From: Octopus sinensis
Lineage: Eukaryota
Length of the DNA stretch: 64,000 bases
Reading direction: 5' to 3'
Assembly: GCF_006345805.1 (NCBI RefSeq)
Contig: NC_043024.1
Coordinates: forward strand, 12,524,001 to 12,588,000
Shown piece by piece: positions 50,753-63,383 of this stretch (its first letter is position 1; every line of letters begins with the position of its first letter). The notes beneath the pieces were generated by a model, which did not search any database, had not been told where the DNA came from, and worked only from the letters and a program-made list of their open reading frames with translations. The translations under genes were made by a program, and so were the position numbers.

Positions 50753-51139
50753 GTGGAGGCGCAATGGCCCAGGGGTTAGGGCAGCGGACTCGCGGTCATA
50801 GGATCGCGGTTTCGATTCCCAGACCGGGCGTTGTGAGTGTTTATTGAGCGAAAACACCTAAAGCTCCACGAGGCTCCGGCAGGGGGTGGTGGTGATCCCT
50901 GCTGTACTCTTTCACCACAACTTTCTCTCACTCTTACTTCCTGTTTCTGTTGTACCTGTATTTCAAGGGGCCGGCCTTGTCACTCTCTGTGTCACGCCGA
51001 ATATCCCCGAGAACTACATTAAGGGTACACGTGTCTGTGGAGTGCTCAGCCACTTACACGTTAATTTCACGAGCAGGCTGTTCCGTTTATCGGATCAACC
51101 GGAACCCTCGTGGTCGGAACCGACGGAGTGCTTCCATCC
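50753..51139 (+). mobile_element. tRNA-derived SINE family 3, full length with 12-bp TSD
   Basis: Head GGAGGCGCAATGGCCCAG.GGTTAGGGCAGCGGACTC..GGTTTCGATTCCC. AATATATCCAGT occurs at 50741-50752 and 51140-51151. Confidence 0.9.
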
Positions 51140-51749
51140 AATATATCCAGTTGTTGTTGTTGCTGCTTTTGTTGTTGTTTATATGCTGATCGAATTTAGC
51201 CGTGACCATTCCATCCTATTATGGCATGTGGGACGACATTGTCTAATGCCTTCTCTATTTAAAACGGTAAGACATGTTGGCTGTTATTCCTTGCATGTCC
51301 TGCGACTGCATACGGGCTTCGTCGCTCGACAACAAGCACAGCTATTTACATTTTAGACAAATAACAAGAACCATTGATATCTTATTATTAGAATATCATG
51401 TGACATATCAAATCGTTATTCCGATGGCAACACCCCCTCCCCCACCCACCCTCACCTGCTGTCCTTGTCTACCTTGGTTGCAATTTAAGTGACACTTGAC
51501 ATTAGATTGACACTTCACATGATTTTCTTTTCAGTTTCTATTTTGTTTCCCCGAATACATTAGGAAAGACGAAATCTGTGACCAATCGTCGAAGACTTGG
51601 CGAACTGTGGCGGGGGAAGGGGGGGGGGTAATATGTCAGCTGACGTCAATTAGAGAAGATTTATAACACTTATTGCTACTCTCTGTTTTAAGACAAATAT
51701 TTTCTTCTCACGTTCTCTGTTTTCATCTGTCAGTTTGTCTGCCTGTCTG

Positions 51750-51784
<35 letters not shown>

Positions 51785-52402
51785 AATCTGTGTGTGTGTG
51801 TGTGTGTGTGTGTTAGTGAATTCAAAGCCACTCAGCTGATGACATGCAATTACACAGCTTTGGTTGGATCCTGTTTACATAATATTTATATTATTATAAT
51901 GTGTATAATATGTGAAACACTCGGCCACTAATTACTGATGCTAATGTACAGAAATCATTGCAGTGAATTGGATTAAAACTTATTCCATCTTATATAATAA
52001 TAATAATAATTTTTTAAGGTATCAATGTATCAATGCACATAGATATTCAGACAAGACAGATTCTTGCGTCGAAGGCGGTGAGTGTTCTGCTTTTGACGAA
52101 CGACTTTCACAAATGATTTGCTTACGGTGATCAAAACACATCTGCCATACATTAGCTTACGCTCTCTCTGTCAAACCGACATTGCCCGAGCAGGTGTCGA
52201 AGTGATGGCAGGGCGACGTGAGGTAAATTGTGTTGTTCAAGAACACTACTCGCCACCCGGTCAAGTAACTGAAACCACGATCTTGCAATCGCGAGTACAA
52301 CACACTGAGTACTTGGCCATGCGTCCATATATGTATGTATATGAGAATGTGTATGTGTAAAACAAAAGTGCATTACTATGACCGCTATCGAATGATACTA
52401 GT

Positions 52403-52437
<35 letters not shown>

Positions 52438-52510
52438 CTTGTCTGTCTCTCTCTATCTGTGTACATGTATGCATGTTTTTATATGTACATACATGTATAC
52501 GCATAATATA

Positions 52511-52605
<95 letters not shown>

Positions 52606-52620
52606 ATGCAAATATTCTAT

Positions 52621-52790
52621 TCTTTTATTTTTACTTGTTTCAGTCATTTGACAGCGGCCATGCTGGAGCACCTCTTTTAGTCGAATAAATCTTATTCTAT
52701 CAGACTCTTTCCCGAACAGCTAAGTTCGTGGACGTAAACACACCAACACCGGTTGTGAAGCGATGGTAGGAAGACAAACGCAGACACAAA
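52621..52790 (-). mobile_element. SINE family 1, 3' half
   Basis: TTACTTGTTTCAGTCATTTGACAGCGGCCATGCTGGAGCACC. Confidence 0.82.
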
Positions 52791-53274
52791 CATATACACA
52801 TACACACACACATAAAAAAAAATATATATAAGTTGACTTCAGCGAAATTTGAACTCAAAACTGCAACCTTATACATGTTTATGCACGTATGAATAGAGAC
52901 ACGCATAGGAATATGCACACACACTCACGTGTGTGTGTATGTATATACACACACATACGCATATATATATAGTGTAAATATGCATACATATACATGCATA
53001 CACGTACACGCACGCACAGTCACACACAACACACACACACACACGCACACATACAAACACGCATACATATTTATATTTGAAACACGATTTTGTTGTCAAA
53101 GAAAGATCTGTGTTCTGTTTCTCTGGAGAATTACTAAATTTCAAGGTTTCTTAATTTAGAGTGTATTTTGACATTCAATACAGTTAAATAATTCTTCCGT
53201 AGGATGTTGATTTAAAATTTTCTGTGCATGCGTGTATGTATATATGTATGTAAATATATATATGTGTATATATA

Positions 53275-53870
53275 TCAGGTTATCCCATATGTTCTGTCCG
53301 AATTTTGAATAAAGAAAACAAGTGATCAAATGTTATATTTAATTGAAATTTAATCATCAATGTACTTTCCCTGATTATCTATGACTTCCTTCCATCTATT
53401 TACAAGGTTTTTAATCCCATCAATGTAAAACTCTTTTGGTTTCAAAGTGAAGAACTCTGAAGTGTCAGTTTCGACCCCCTCCTGACTTGTGAAAGTTATA
53501 TCCCCTAAGTGTTTCTGTAAACTACGAAACAACTGGTAGTCTGAAGGAGCAAGGTCGGGAGAATAAGTTGAATGAGGAAATTTTTCCCAACCAAGCCTTT
53601 CGATCTTCTGTGATGTGATCTTTGCAGTCTGGGGTCGCGCATTGTCCTGATGAAACATCACTCCTTTTCGATTCACTAAAGCGGGGCTCTTTTTCTTAAA
53701 AGCTTGGTTCAAACGCTCTAATTGCTGACAGTAGACTTGAGCATTGATTGTTGCATTAGGTGCAAATGATTCAAAGTGAATTACTCTTTGCAATCCTGCC
53801 AGATAGAGAGAACCATTTTACCACGAAGTTCCCTTCTCAGTTGTGGTTGAGATTTTTCTCTTTTACCACG
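53275..53870 (-). mobile_element. mariner (DD34D) remnant: transposase C-terminal half plus one TIR
   Basis: ORF 53350-53793: ..VMFHQDNARPQTAK..GWEKFPHSTYSPDLAPSDYQLFRSL..GIKNLVNRWKEVIDNQGKYIDD, 34 residues between catalytic Asps. TIR TA|TCAGGTTATCCCATATG. Ends at a SINE near 53870. Confidence 0.92.
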
Positions 53871-54015
53871 ACAGGCTTCTTTTAGTTTCCGCCTACCAAA
53901 TCTACTCTCAAGGCTTTGGTCGTCTCGTGGCTTTAGAAGTGCCACTCAGTGGGACTGAACCCGGAACCATGTAGTTGGGAAGCAAGCTACTCACCACAAA
54001 GCCACGCCTGTGCGC
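53869..54015 (-). mobile_element. SINE family 1, 5' half
   Basis: GGCTTCTTTTAGTTTCCGCCTACCAAAT..GTGGGACTGAACCCGGAACCATG..AGCCACGCCTGTGCGC. Confidence 0.8.
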
Positions 54016-54120
54016 TGTGTGTGGTGTGTGTGTGTGTGTGTGTGTAGATATATTTAAAAATAAAAATTGTATATATATGTATGTGTGTATGCATGTAAGT
54101 ATGTATCTCTCTCTCTCTCT

Positions 54121-54325
54121 CGGAATTTGAACTCAGAACGTAGCTGCAGACGAAGTACCTATTTCTTTACTACCCACAATGAACTAAACACAGAGGGGAC
54201 AAACAAGGACAGACAAACGGATTAAGTCAACCTCGGCGGAATTTGAACTCAGAACGTAACGGCAGACGAAATACCGCTAAGCATTTCGTCTGGCGTGCTA
54301 ACGTTTCTGCCAGCTCGCCGCCGAT
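54121..54325 (-). mobile_element. Dimeric SINE family 2, internally deleted copy
   Basis: Same dimer junction (GACGAA.TAC.TATTTCTTTA.TACCCACAA..AAACACAGAGGGGACAAAC) as the 48.3 kb copy. Confidence 0.8.
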
Positions 54326-54659
54326 TTAACTTATGTATATATGAGGCCAGAGTCGAAGAAGTTTTCTATTTAATGTTAGTAAATGAATTTAAATGCGTTC
54401 TATATCTTTTTTTCTTAAATTCAACAGTACTCTCTATGTATGTTTTAGCCAGATATTTATCTGATACTAAATATATATACATACTAGATTTTTACAGAAG
54501 CAGAATCCTTCAAGTGGGTATAAATCGATTTTCTACAGCTTTATGTTTTCCCTAATTTATTTTTTTACTATTATCTATATTTTTTTTGGTGGTGGTGGTG
54601 GTGGTGGGTAGGGTCCATTATTCAAGGCTACCAACGAATTGGAGTTATTTTTATTTGAT

Positions 54660-55700
54660 GTTGAATTCTATGAATTAGGTGTTCCGGATATATTTATATT
54701 ATTTATACTTGGTTTCCTATCAGTGTTAAAGGTTGTGAAAGCGTGATATTTGATTTTGTTCTTATTTATGGATGCTATAATTGATCTTAAATTTGGCATT
54801 GTGGAATAAGGAACTTTTATAGAAGATTTATTGCATATTGGATAGTATTTGTGATGTTTTGGAAAATTACGTTTTAGTATTTTGAAAAATAGTTTCGGTA
54901 GATTTTTAACAGAAAACCAGAATGGAGGACAAAGCGAATTAGTTCGCACTTTCTAGATTTATATTGTTTAGATGTACCATGTTGTTCTTGAGCAGAGTAT
55001 TTATTTCTTTTGCTGGGGCTTATTTTATTATATTTGATATAATTTTAATTACCTTCGGACTTAATTATACTCGCATTTTTCAATGACGTATTAGTATTAG
55101 TTAAGTTAGAATCAGAGTTACTATTGTTAGATTGTTTTAAATTTAGTATCGGGTATATAGTAAATTTCATTGCTGAAGCCACTTAATTTTAAGGTTTGAT
55201 TATAAACGGGTGCATGCGCATTAAATATTTCCTCATTAGCCGAAAGATTGGAGATCCTCATTGATATAGTTGTGACTAAACTGTTAGTGATCCCATGGTT
55301 ATGTCAAAACAATCCATTGAATCAGTTCTAATCCAATTATGTCCGTTAAAGTTCATTAAAGTCTTCCCCGTGGCTAATATTGTATCTATGTCTGACCTAG
55401 AAATGATGTCGAAATTGCGAGCAAATATTAATGCTTTATTTAGAAGGATGGGTGAGATGGATGCACAATAGTTGGAGATGTCAAATTGTATGAACTGGGT
55501 ATGTGCATTATCTACATTGGAGTTAAACCATGTAATTACGTCCCCAGACGAGCTCATAGGGGGAGTTTGACTTGGTTTCTGATTCGTATATAAGTGTGAG
55601 TCATCGTAAAGTAATATGGTAAGCGTCGTAGTGAGGAAATTTCGAAGAATGAACCAGACGACATCCAGGAAACCGAATACAGTGGTAAAGACTGAAGAAA
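54660..55700 (-). mobile_element. Penelope-like element remnant (RT and post-RT linker)
   Basis: DVITWFN..FIQFDISNYCASIS..LLNKALIFA..TLMNFNGHNWIR..FDITMGS; ISMRISNLSANEEIF..YNQTLKLSGF; PPF..V..FFKILKRNFPKHHKYYPICNKSSIKVPYSTMPNLRSIIASIN. Typical PLE RT blocks. Confidence 0.8.
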
Positions 55701-56252
55701 CCACTTAATGAAAGGTATTTAATCAAAAATATTTCCACTGAGGAAACTGCTGTGTATTTAAGGGTTTTTAGGTCAAACTCATTTACTGTGTATTTCCTTT
55801 TGTAAGACGACAGTTGTGAAAACTGCTATCCATTGCAGGTTTAGCAACCACTTAGAGGCTCTCTTATCGGTTGCAATTGGAATTTGGGGCGTTGTTAACC
55901 CCAACTGAAAAGACTTCTGATGGCGGATGTTACAACCGTGTCTAACCCTTGTTTTGAATTACTACGTGCCAAATTGAATCATACTTTAAAGATGGTAAGG
56001 TATGGGATGTGTGACATATTTACAGCAATTTTAGGGACGAAAAAGAAATCACAGTGTGGACCCTACTCTCAACAAAACATTCTGGTAACTAGGCCCTATT
56101 TCAATCAGATGTGCAATAAAGAGGGGCGCAAAAACTGTGCGTGTCTAAAGTAGATGAATCATAGATGGGTTGGGGAAAGTGACTTGATAGAAAGGGAGAG
56201 TGTCTGACTGTCAGTTAGTCTGTCTGTGTGGGACAGAGAGAGGCAGAGAGCG

Positions 56253-56292
<40 letters not shown>

Positions 56293-56399
56293 CGAGAGAG
56301 AAGAGTAAGAAGTCATGTTGAGACTAAGTTACCTCCAAAATAACACACCCAAAATTGGTTGGGTGTGAGTCACAATTGTTTAAATGAAGTAGCATGAGA

Positions 56400-56598
56400 C
56401 AAGGAAAACACTCACACGTATGTATACATATATATATGCGTATATATATATATGTATATATATGTATGTACACACACACACACACACACACATATATATG
56501 TATATATGTATATGTATATATATGCATGTATGCAAATATATATGCATATGTTATATATATACTGCATATATATATATGCATATGTATATATATATATA

Positions 56599-56681
<83 letters not shown>

Positions 56682-56760
56682 ATATATATGAATATTTAAA
56701 TGTATGGATACATACCTACATCATACATACATACATACATACATATATATATATATTAAA
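56400..56760. repeat. Compound TA/TG/CA microsatellite
   Basis: Seen directly. Confidence 0.9.
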
Positions 56761-57056
56761 TGTATGTGTGTGTGTATTCTTTGATAAGTGGGATACAGAA
56801 AACCTTCGGCGTTTGGAGCAGTCTTAAAACTATTGTGACGATTAATAAACATAAATTACGTACATGTGAGTGCCTATGTTTATAAACACGTGCGTGTGCA
56901 CCCACACCCCATAAATATGTAATATATATATATATTAATATTTAGATATATGTATATATATGATATATATATATATGAAATATATATATATATATAATAT
57001 CCTATATATAACATGTATACATATGTATATGTACATACGTACACTACGCGTAGATA

Positions 57057-57094
<38 letters not shown>

Positions 57095-59231
57095 ATATGC
57101 ACTTGTGGGTACAGGTCGTTATGAAAACGTGTTCAAGAAAAGAAACGAAGTACGAGTACATGGAACATGAACTATTCTTTCGAACAACGAAAGACAGAAA
57201 TGGAAGACAAACCAACATAAATAACGACCCTTCATCAGGTGTTGGCTGTTTTTATAGTCTCGTATTTCGAGCATTTAACAACAATATACGCTTTATATAT
57301 ATATATATCCCCTTTTTGCATATGTATTTGCATGGCTTATTTTTATACTATTACACCTACTTATATCAGTACACACTTTTCTTGTTTATTAATATTTATG
57401 TCTATATATTATCATTTATCCTGCTTCTAATTCCTTACTTTCAATCAATAGACAGTATGTATCCTTTTCCAGATAAATTCCTTATGTAAGTGGTTTGAGT
57501 GGTCTTTATACTGGCCACCTAATAATTAATTAAGTAAAGATGAGGTATTAAGTTGATTCTACATAATAGTAATCTCCTTTTAATGTTTACATTGATCTAT
57601 AAATCCCTTTTACCTTATTTCGTTATGATATCACTTTGTAGAATTTAAAAAAAATTGTTTTTATATTTATACAACATAATAAAATGTTGTTTATAAACGT
57701 TATTTCTCTGAGCCCTTACTGTTTTCCTGGATCTCATTGTAATATCCAAAGTTTCATAGTATTTGCCCCTTTATTTGATAATAACATCATGAATTAATGT
57801 CGACCTTACCCAACCTCTTTTATAGACATTTACTATTAACTAATTGACTCTTTCTAAAGTTTTTTTCTCTTTTTCTTGCGGGTTGGGGAATACTTGTGAT
57901 TCTGCGAAATTTATGACCAGCAGCCAGCTCTGAGCTGTCAACTCTGCTCTTTATTCTAAATATACGCATTCTTCTAGTCTTAGATTTTTGTTGATGATAA
58001 GGAGATACATAAATTGGAAATGAATTACAAAACTATGACCTCCAATGTGTTCCATTCCACTCTAAAAATTCTAGTCTTGTTCTTCTCTTAGATATTCTTG
58101 CTACAATAGCGACAAATTCTACCATTCTCTTGCTCTGTTAAAATATTTAAGAAAAATCTGAAAATCCATATTTGTGCAGCTGAAGATAGTGCTAAATTTA
58201 AATTGATGCAATGATTACATTGTTCAATTAAATAGAGCCACTTGAAACGGTCGTACTGCATTACAACTTGACATACGGTTACTTATCTTGATTTTATTTA
58301 CCTTACTTGGTAAATAAAGTACCAGACTGACTTGGTACTTCAATTTAAGTACCTAATTCAACTGAATCTTAATTGCATATATACATATGTGGATGCATCA
58401 TATTTATATGTAGGCGTTTACATATATATAAATATCTGTACAGAAACATACAATAATATAAGTGAATACATACATACATATACACACATGCACACGCGTA
58501 TATAAATACAAATATGAACTTTTATGTGACCTAACATTCATATATACACATATGTACACAGAGAGAGACTTGCACAAGCGTGTGCATGAAATGATAATTT
58601 GGCCGGTAACTGTACATGCTCTTCTCACCAGCCTTTTATGAAGAAGTGTTTCTTAAACAGCTGCTCCTACTTTAATAAAACATACAAAAAGTCAAATTTA
58701 AAATCCTGAACCAGTGTCACCTACCTACAGCTAATTACACAGTTCATATTGTCTGTTTCATACCATTTTATTTTCGTATCTTAAATCTAACAAAAGAAAA
58801 CAAAGTTTAGTTTTAATAAATACAGAATTCGCCGTTAACCACCTTTCAATTATAATTGTTGCTTGAAAAACTTTCTATGAATCTAACAAGTTGTTCATAA
58901 AGAAGCAAAAATCTCAAAAGTTTTATACCTGTAATACAGCTTTGGATTAATTAACTGTGAGGTGTAAGCCACCGAGTGAAAACGTCGCAATGGTGGAAGT
59001 AAATTTTAACGGTGATAGTTCAGCCATATTTCTTCCAGTGGCACAGAACAGAGTATCGTAGACAGATTATCCTGTTTGGATTTTGGATGAAAGTGTTATC
59101 GCATTCAGAACATCCTTAAAAATATAAACTGCGCATTAATGAAAGTAAAACCTGGGGATCATGTAATCTAGGGGGAAAAAGTCATTATTATGAATGATAA
59201 TGAATTTATTGACTGTTGCGGTTACAGAGTA

Positions 59232-59975
59232 CTATGCCATGATCGGACAGGAGGGTCTTTCCACTGTGATGTTGCAGATAGTGTTAGCATGATTGCTTAT
59301 CACTAGATCCAAGACACTTTGGTTGTTTCTGGTTGGTTCATGGACGAGTTGTGAGAAGAAATAATTATCCATAAATTTGAAAAGTAACTCCACTGTCTGA
59401 ACTTGAGGTGAAGGTTCTTGTCCCAACAATATCAGTGGACCAGTCTACAGAGGGCAGGTTAAAGTCGCCCATCATCAGAATCTTTCCTGGGTTACATTGC
59501 AGGAGAAAAGATTTGATCTTCTCGAAGCACTCTTGAAAATAGTGTAGGAGTGCTTGTGGGGGTCTGTAGAGTCCAATGACAGACATGTCTTTACCCTTGT
59601 TGTGTAGAGACTGATTTGCAGTAACCATTGGAGAAAAGGTCCTTGGCATCAGCGCTAAAAGAATCGTGGAAGAAAACAGCAACTCCACCCTTTCTTCGGC
59701 CTTGCCCAATCAGCGCGAATGGCAGTGAAGTCTCAGATTTTCAGATCAGCCTCTAAATGAAGGTCATTTAGGTGGGCCTCAAGACAAAGAAAGGGTTTCG
59801 ATGTGAGTGTGCTGAAATCCATCCCTCAGTGTAGGGCATTTTCCGTTTTTGAGTCTTGATGGCTGGGTTGATACCTTGGGCATTAAGGAAGAATGTTGTT
59901 GCTAAGGTAACAACTTCGTTGCGTTTCTTCAGGATCTGCACATCATGTTTGTTGTTGTTGCTGTTGTTTGCCCAT
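59232..59975 (-). mobile_element. CR1-type LINE fragment, AP-endonuclease domain only, frameshifted
   Basis: TTFFLNAQG..RKGGVAVFFHD..VIGLYRPPQ..FEKIKSFL..MMGDFNLPSVDW..FSQLVHEPTRNNQSVLDLVISN..SDHGIVL. Confidence 0.85.
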
Positions 59976-60323
59976 CCCTGGGGAAGTGACTCACCTCAAA
60001 TACTTAATAAGTAGCAAGTAGTGAGTTACGCCTTTTCCCAGCAGATGCACATGCGTTAGTTGACATCATTCCACTACAAAGAAACTAAGAATACGACTGT
60101 GAAAGTGTTGAGTGCTGCATTCAATTTCTGGTGAATTTTCGTTTAGAAAAAATACAAAACAAAAAAAAAACGGTCTGGTATCCCAGAGATGCTGTATAGG
60201 TTTCAAATGCCGTCGAGGCATTTGAAACATAATGATGGACGAAATACCGTTAAGCATTTTTGCGTGACGTGCTGACGATTTCGCCAGTTCACTGCTTTAT
60301 ACGCAAATATAAATATGGGAGTA

Positions 60324-60364
<41 letters not shown>

Positions 60365-60475
60365 TGTGTGTGTGTCGGTTGGTCATTTCTGTCTTGAATT
60401 TTACTCGAAGGAAACACAAGTATTTTTGTTGGAGTGAGACGCACGTACACACAAACACACACAGACACACACGTG

Positions 60476-60527
<52 letters not shown>

Positions 60528-60982
60528 GTGTGTGTGTGTGTTTCATCTTATCGAAATAATTGATTAGTTTTGCAAAACCTTATCTTCACAACTTCAGAAG
60601 TAACGGAGGGTGGGGTGGAGGTAAGACTTGTAACGTCTATGTGAAGGTGTGTGGGTGTGTGCGTGTGTCTGTGTGTGCGCATGCGGTAGTGTTTATCATG
60701 TATGTGTGTGTTTGCGATTGAATGTGTTTGATAAATGGCCTCTAAAAATGGGGAAGCAAATAGAAAACAGTATTGTGGTACGAATGGAGGTGGTTATGTT
60801 GTTGTTGTTGTTGAGGTGACAGCAGGGTGCGTTATTGTGTTGGTGCTAGTTGTGGTCATTATAGTAGTAGTAGTAGTGGTGGTAGTTGTTGCTGAGGTGG
60901 CAGTCGTCTTTCGTTGATGATTGTTGTCAAGTGACAACGTAACATTTCCGTTGTGGTTGAGGTGATAGTACTTGTGGTGGGA

Positions 60983-61208
60983 AATATATTAAAAATGGGG
61001 AAGGCCGTTTTATGAGACTACCCAAGGTTTCCCGTCCAAAAAGGTTTTAGCGTTATGGCGTATCGTCAGTTGCCCAAAACATGTTGGCCCATAACTTTAA
61101 GTGGTCAAGGGCCAGCAAGTTTTGGGGATCTGACTAAAGCTAAACATTTTATGCGCGGGAAACCTAAGGGAATCCCATAAACCCAACCTTCCCCAGTTTT
61201 AATATATT
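60983..61208. mobile_element. MITE with about 50-bp imperfect TIRs
   Basis: AATATATTAAAAATGGGGAAGG..TTTATGAGACTACCCAAGGTTTCCCG is inverted relative to CGGGAAACCTAAGGGAATCCCATAAA..CCTTCCCCAGTTTTAATATATT. Confidence 0.75.
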
Positions 61209-61278
61209 CTGCTCTACATCTTAGACTGTGTTTCTTCGGATTTATGTTTTTTACAAACGATTATATATATATATACAC

Positions 61279-61565
<287 letters not shown>

Positions 61566-61838
61566 TGTTCGCATCTGTAGTTACTTCCATAGCAAGGTTT
61601 CAAGTTGTCATACGGAAATGTGGACACAGCGATTCTCGGCTGACTTTATTCTTAGTTGGTGAAACAAATGTTAATCCTCTAAATATATAAATACTACGCT
61701 CTGCTAGAGTTTCTCTCAGAGAATGTTTGACACTTTGGAGGCTTACAGGAAAAAATCGCAAGAAGCGGTGTACAATCACGCGCACTTTACATCACACACA
61801 CACACACACAGGTATAAATGTGTGTATATGTATACATG

Positions 61839-61886
<48 letters not shown>

Positions 61887-61911
61887 GTGTGTATATGTAT
61901 ACATGTATATA

Positions 61912-61954
<43 letters not shown>

Positions 61955-61958
<4 letters not shown>

Positions 61959-62120
61959 CTCTTATAAATTGAGTGATGTTTCTCTGTCCGTTACGTTTTA
62001 TATCATTAACTCCTCCTAGGCCGCTGGTGCAAGGACAACGAAACTCAAACCAGCAACTCCTCTAATCCCATGGAATGTCCTAGGGGCTCAATTCTTTTAG
62101 GGGCCGCCTAATTAACCATC
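61955..62120 (+). mobile_element. Possible 5' part of a non-autonomous Helitron
   Basis: A|TCTCCTCTTATAAA..GTTTCTCTGTCCGTTACG start resembles Helitron 5' ends. No CTAG 3' end found. Confidence 0.35.
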
Positions 62121-62162
62121 ATTTTTATTGCATTTTAAACTAAATACATAGCATTTCCCCAA

Positions 62163-62208
62163 GACACCTGATGAAGGCTGGAGGGTGTATTAGCCGAAAC
62201 GTTGTGTT
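62163..62208 (+). ncRNA. Putative minimal type-I hammerhead ribozyme (Penelope-type)
   Basis: GACAC-CTGATGA-(A)-GGCT[loop]AGCC-GAA-ACGT-T-GTGTT: helix I GACAC/GTGTT, helix II GGCT/AGCC, loopless palindromic helix III ACGT. Predicted cleavage after 62203. Confidence 0.7.
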
Positions 62209-62570
62209 AACAACAAACAAGATGAGGACAAATATCGTCAAATGTAAATAATGTAAATAATGTACACAATACCTCATCTCTTAAATATAGAACTTTCATA
62301 TGTATTCGCACAGACACACAGACACACACACACACACACACACACGTGCGCGCATACATATAACACACGCTCAGATAAGCGTTCCACCCAGGCCTTCCCT
62401 ACCGTCTATCGTCTCTCTATCACTAATACCTCCACCATTTTCCCCACTGCGTTATTCTGCTTCTGCCGTGTGATAACTACATACTTCGCCATTTTTTTCT
62501 TTTCTCTGCGATACCAGTCATTCTTCCCACTCTCCGGAACGACTTCACTTAATAATATTCATCCATCATT

Positions 62571-62793
62571 CTCATACTCATTTACTTGTTTCAGTCATTT
62601 GACTGCGGCCATGCTGGAGCACCGCCTTTAATCGAGCAACTCGACCCCGGGACTTATTCTTTTGTAAGCCCAGTACTTATTCTATCGGTCTCTTTTGCCG
62701 AACCGCTAAGTAACGGGGACACAAACACACCAGCATCGGTTGTCAAGCAATGCTAGGGGGACAAACACGGACACACAAACACACACACACACA

Positions 62794-62834
<41 letters not shown>

Positions 62835-62990
62835 TATATATATACATATATACGACAGGCTTCTTTCAGTTTCCGTCTATCAAATCCACTCACAAGGCTT
62901 TGGTCGGCCCGAGGCTATAGTAGAAGACACTTGCCCAAGGTGCCACGCAGTGGGACTGAACCCGGAACCATGTGGTTGGTAAGCAAGCTT
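62571..62990 (-). mobile_element. SINE family 1, near full length and close to consensus
   Basis: TTACTTGTTTCAGTCATTTGACTGCGGCCATGCTGGAGCACCGCC through GGAACCATGTGGTTGGTAAGCAAGC. Confidence 0.92.
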
Positions 62991-62997
62991 CCTCTTC

Positions 62998-63210
62998 TTA
63001 AAGTTGCCGAACTCATAGAATCGTTATTGCGCCGGGAAAAATACTTTGCGGTATTTCTTACGACTTTACGTTCTGAGTTCAAATTCCGCCGAGGTCGACA
63101 TAGCCCTTCAGCTCGCCGAGATCAATAAAATAAGTACCAGCTGGGATCGATGGAATCAAATTATCCCCTCCTACAAAATTGCTAGCCTTATGTTAAATAT
63201 ATGAAACCAA
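62998..63210 (+). mobile_element. SINE family 2, diverged
   Basis: CTTTACGTTCTGAGTTCAAATTCCGCCGAGGTCGAC..ATCAATAAAATAAGTACCAG. Confidence 0.72.
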
Positions 63211-63342
63211 TATTATCCCTCTCCGTTCCCACTTAAGATTGATCACTCTTATCAGTCTTTCTTCACCACCACTCACCTCTCATTCCCTCCATGTACCACA
63301 TCTGTCTCTCCGCTCACACTCTTGCAACCTACTACAACAACA

Positions 63343-63383
<41 letters not shown>

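Noticed and set aside
55737-55850. CTGAGGA...GAAA hammerhead-like arrangement next to the PLE relic
   Set aside because: Needs bulges next to the core and helix I does not form.
57114-57243. Minus-strand AACAC-CTGATGA-AGG followed by a long GGTCGTTAT/ATAACGACC-closed stem
   Set aside because: The GAAA/helix III half is missing, so it is not a functional hammerhead; noted only as a possible relative of the 62.2 kb motif.
58990-59205. Plus-strand frame MVEVNFNGDSS...SHYYE and a minus-strand acceptor at 59170
   Set aside because: In-frame stops in every reading and no recognisable homology.
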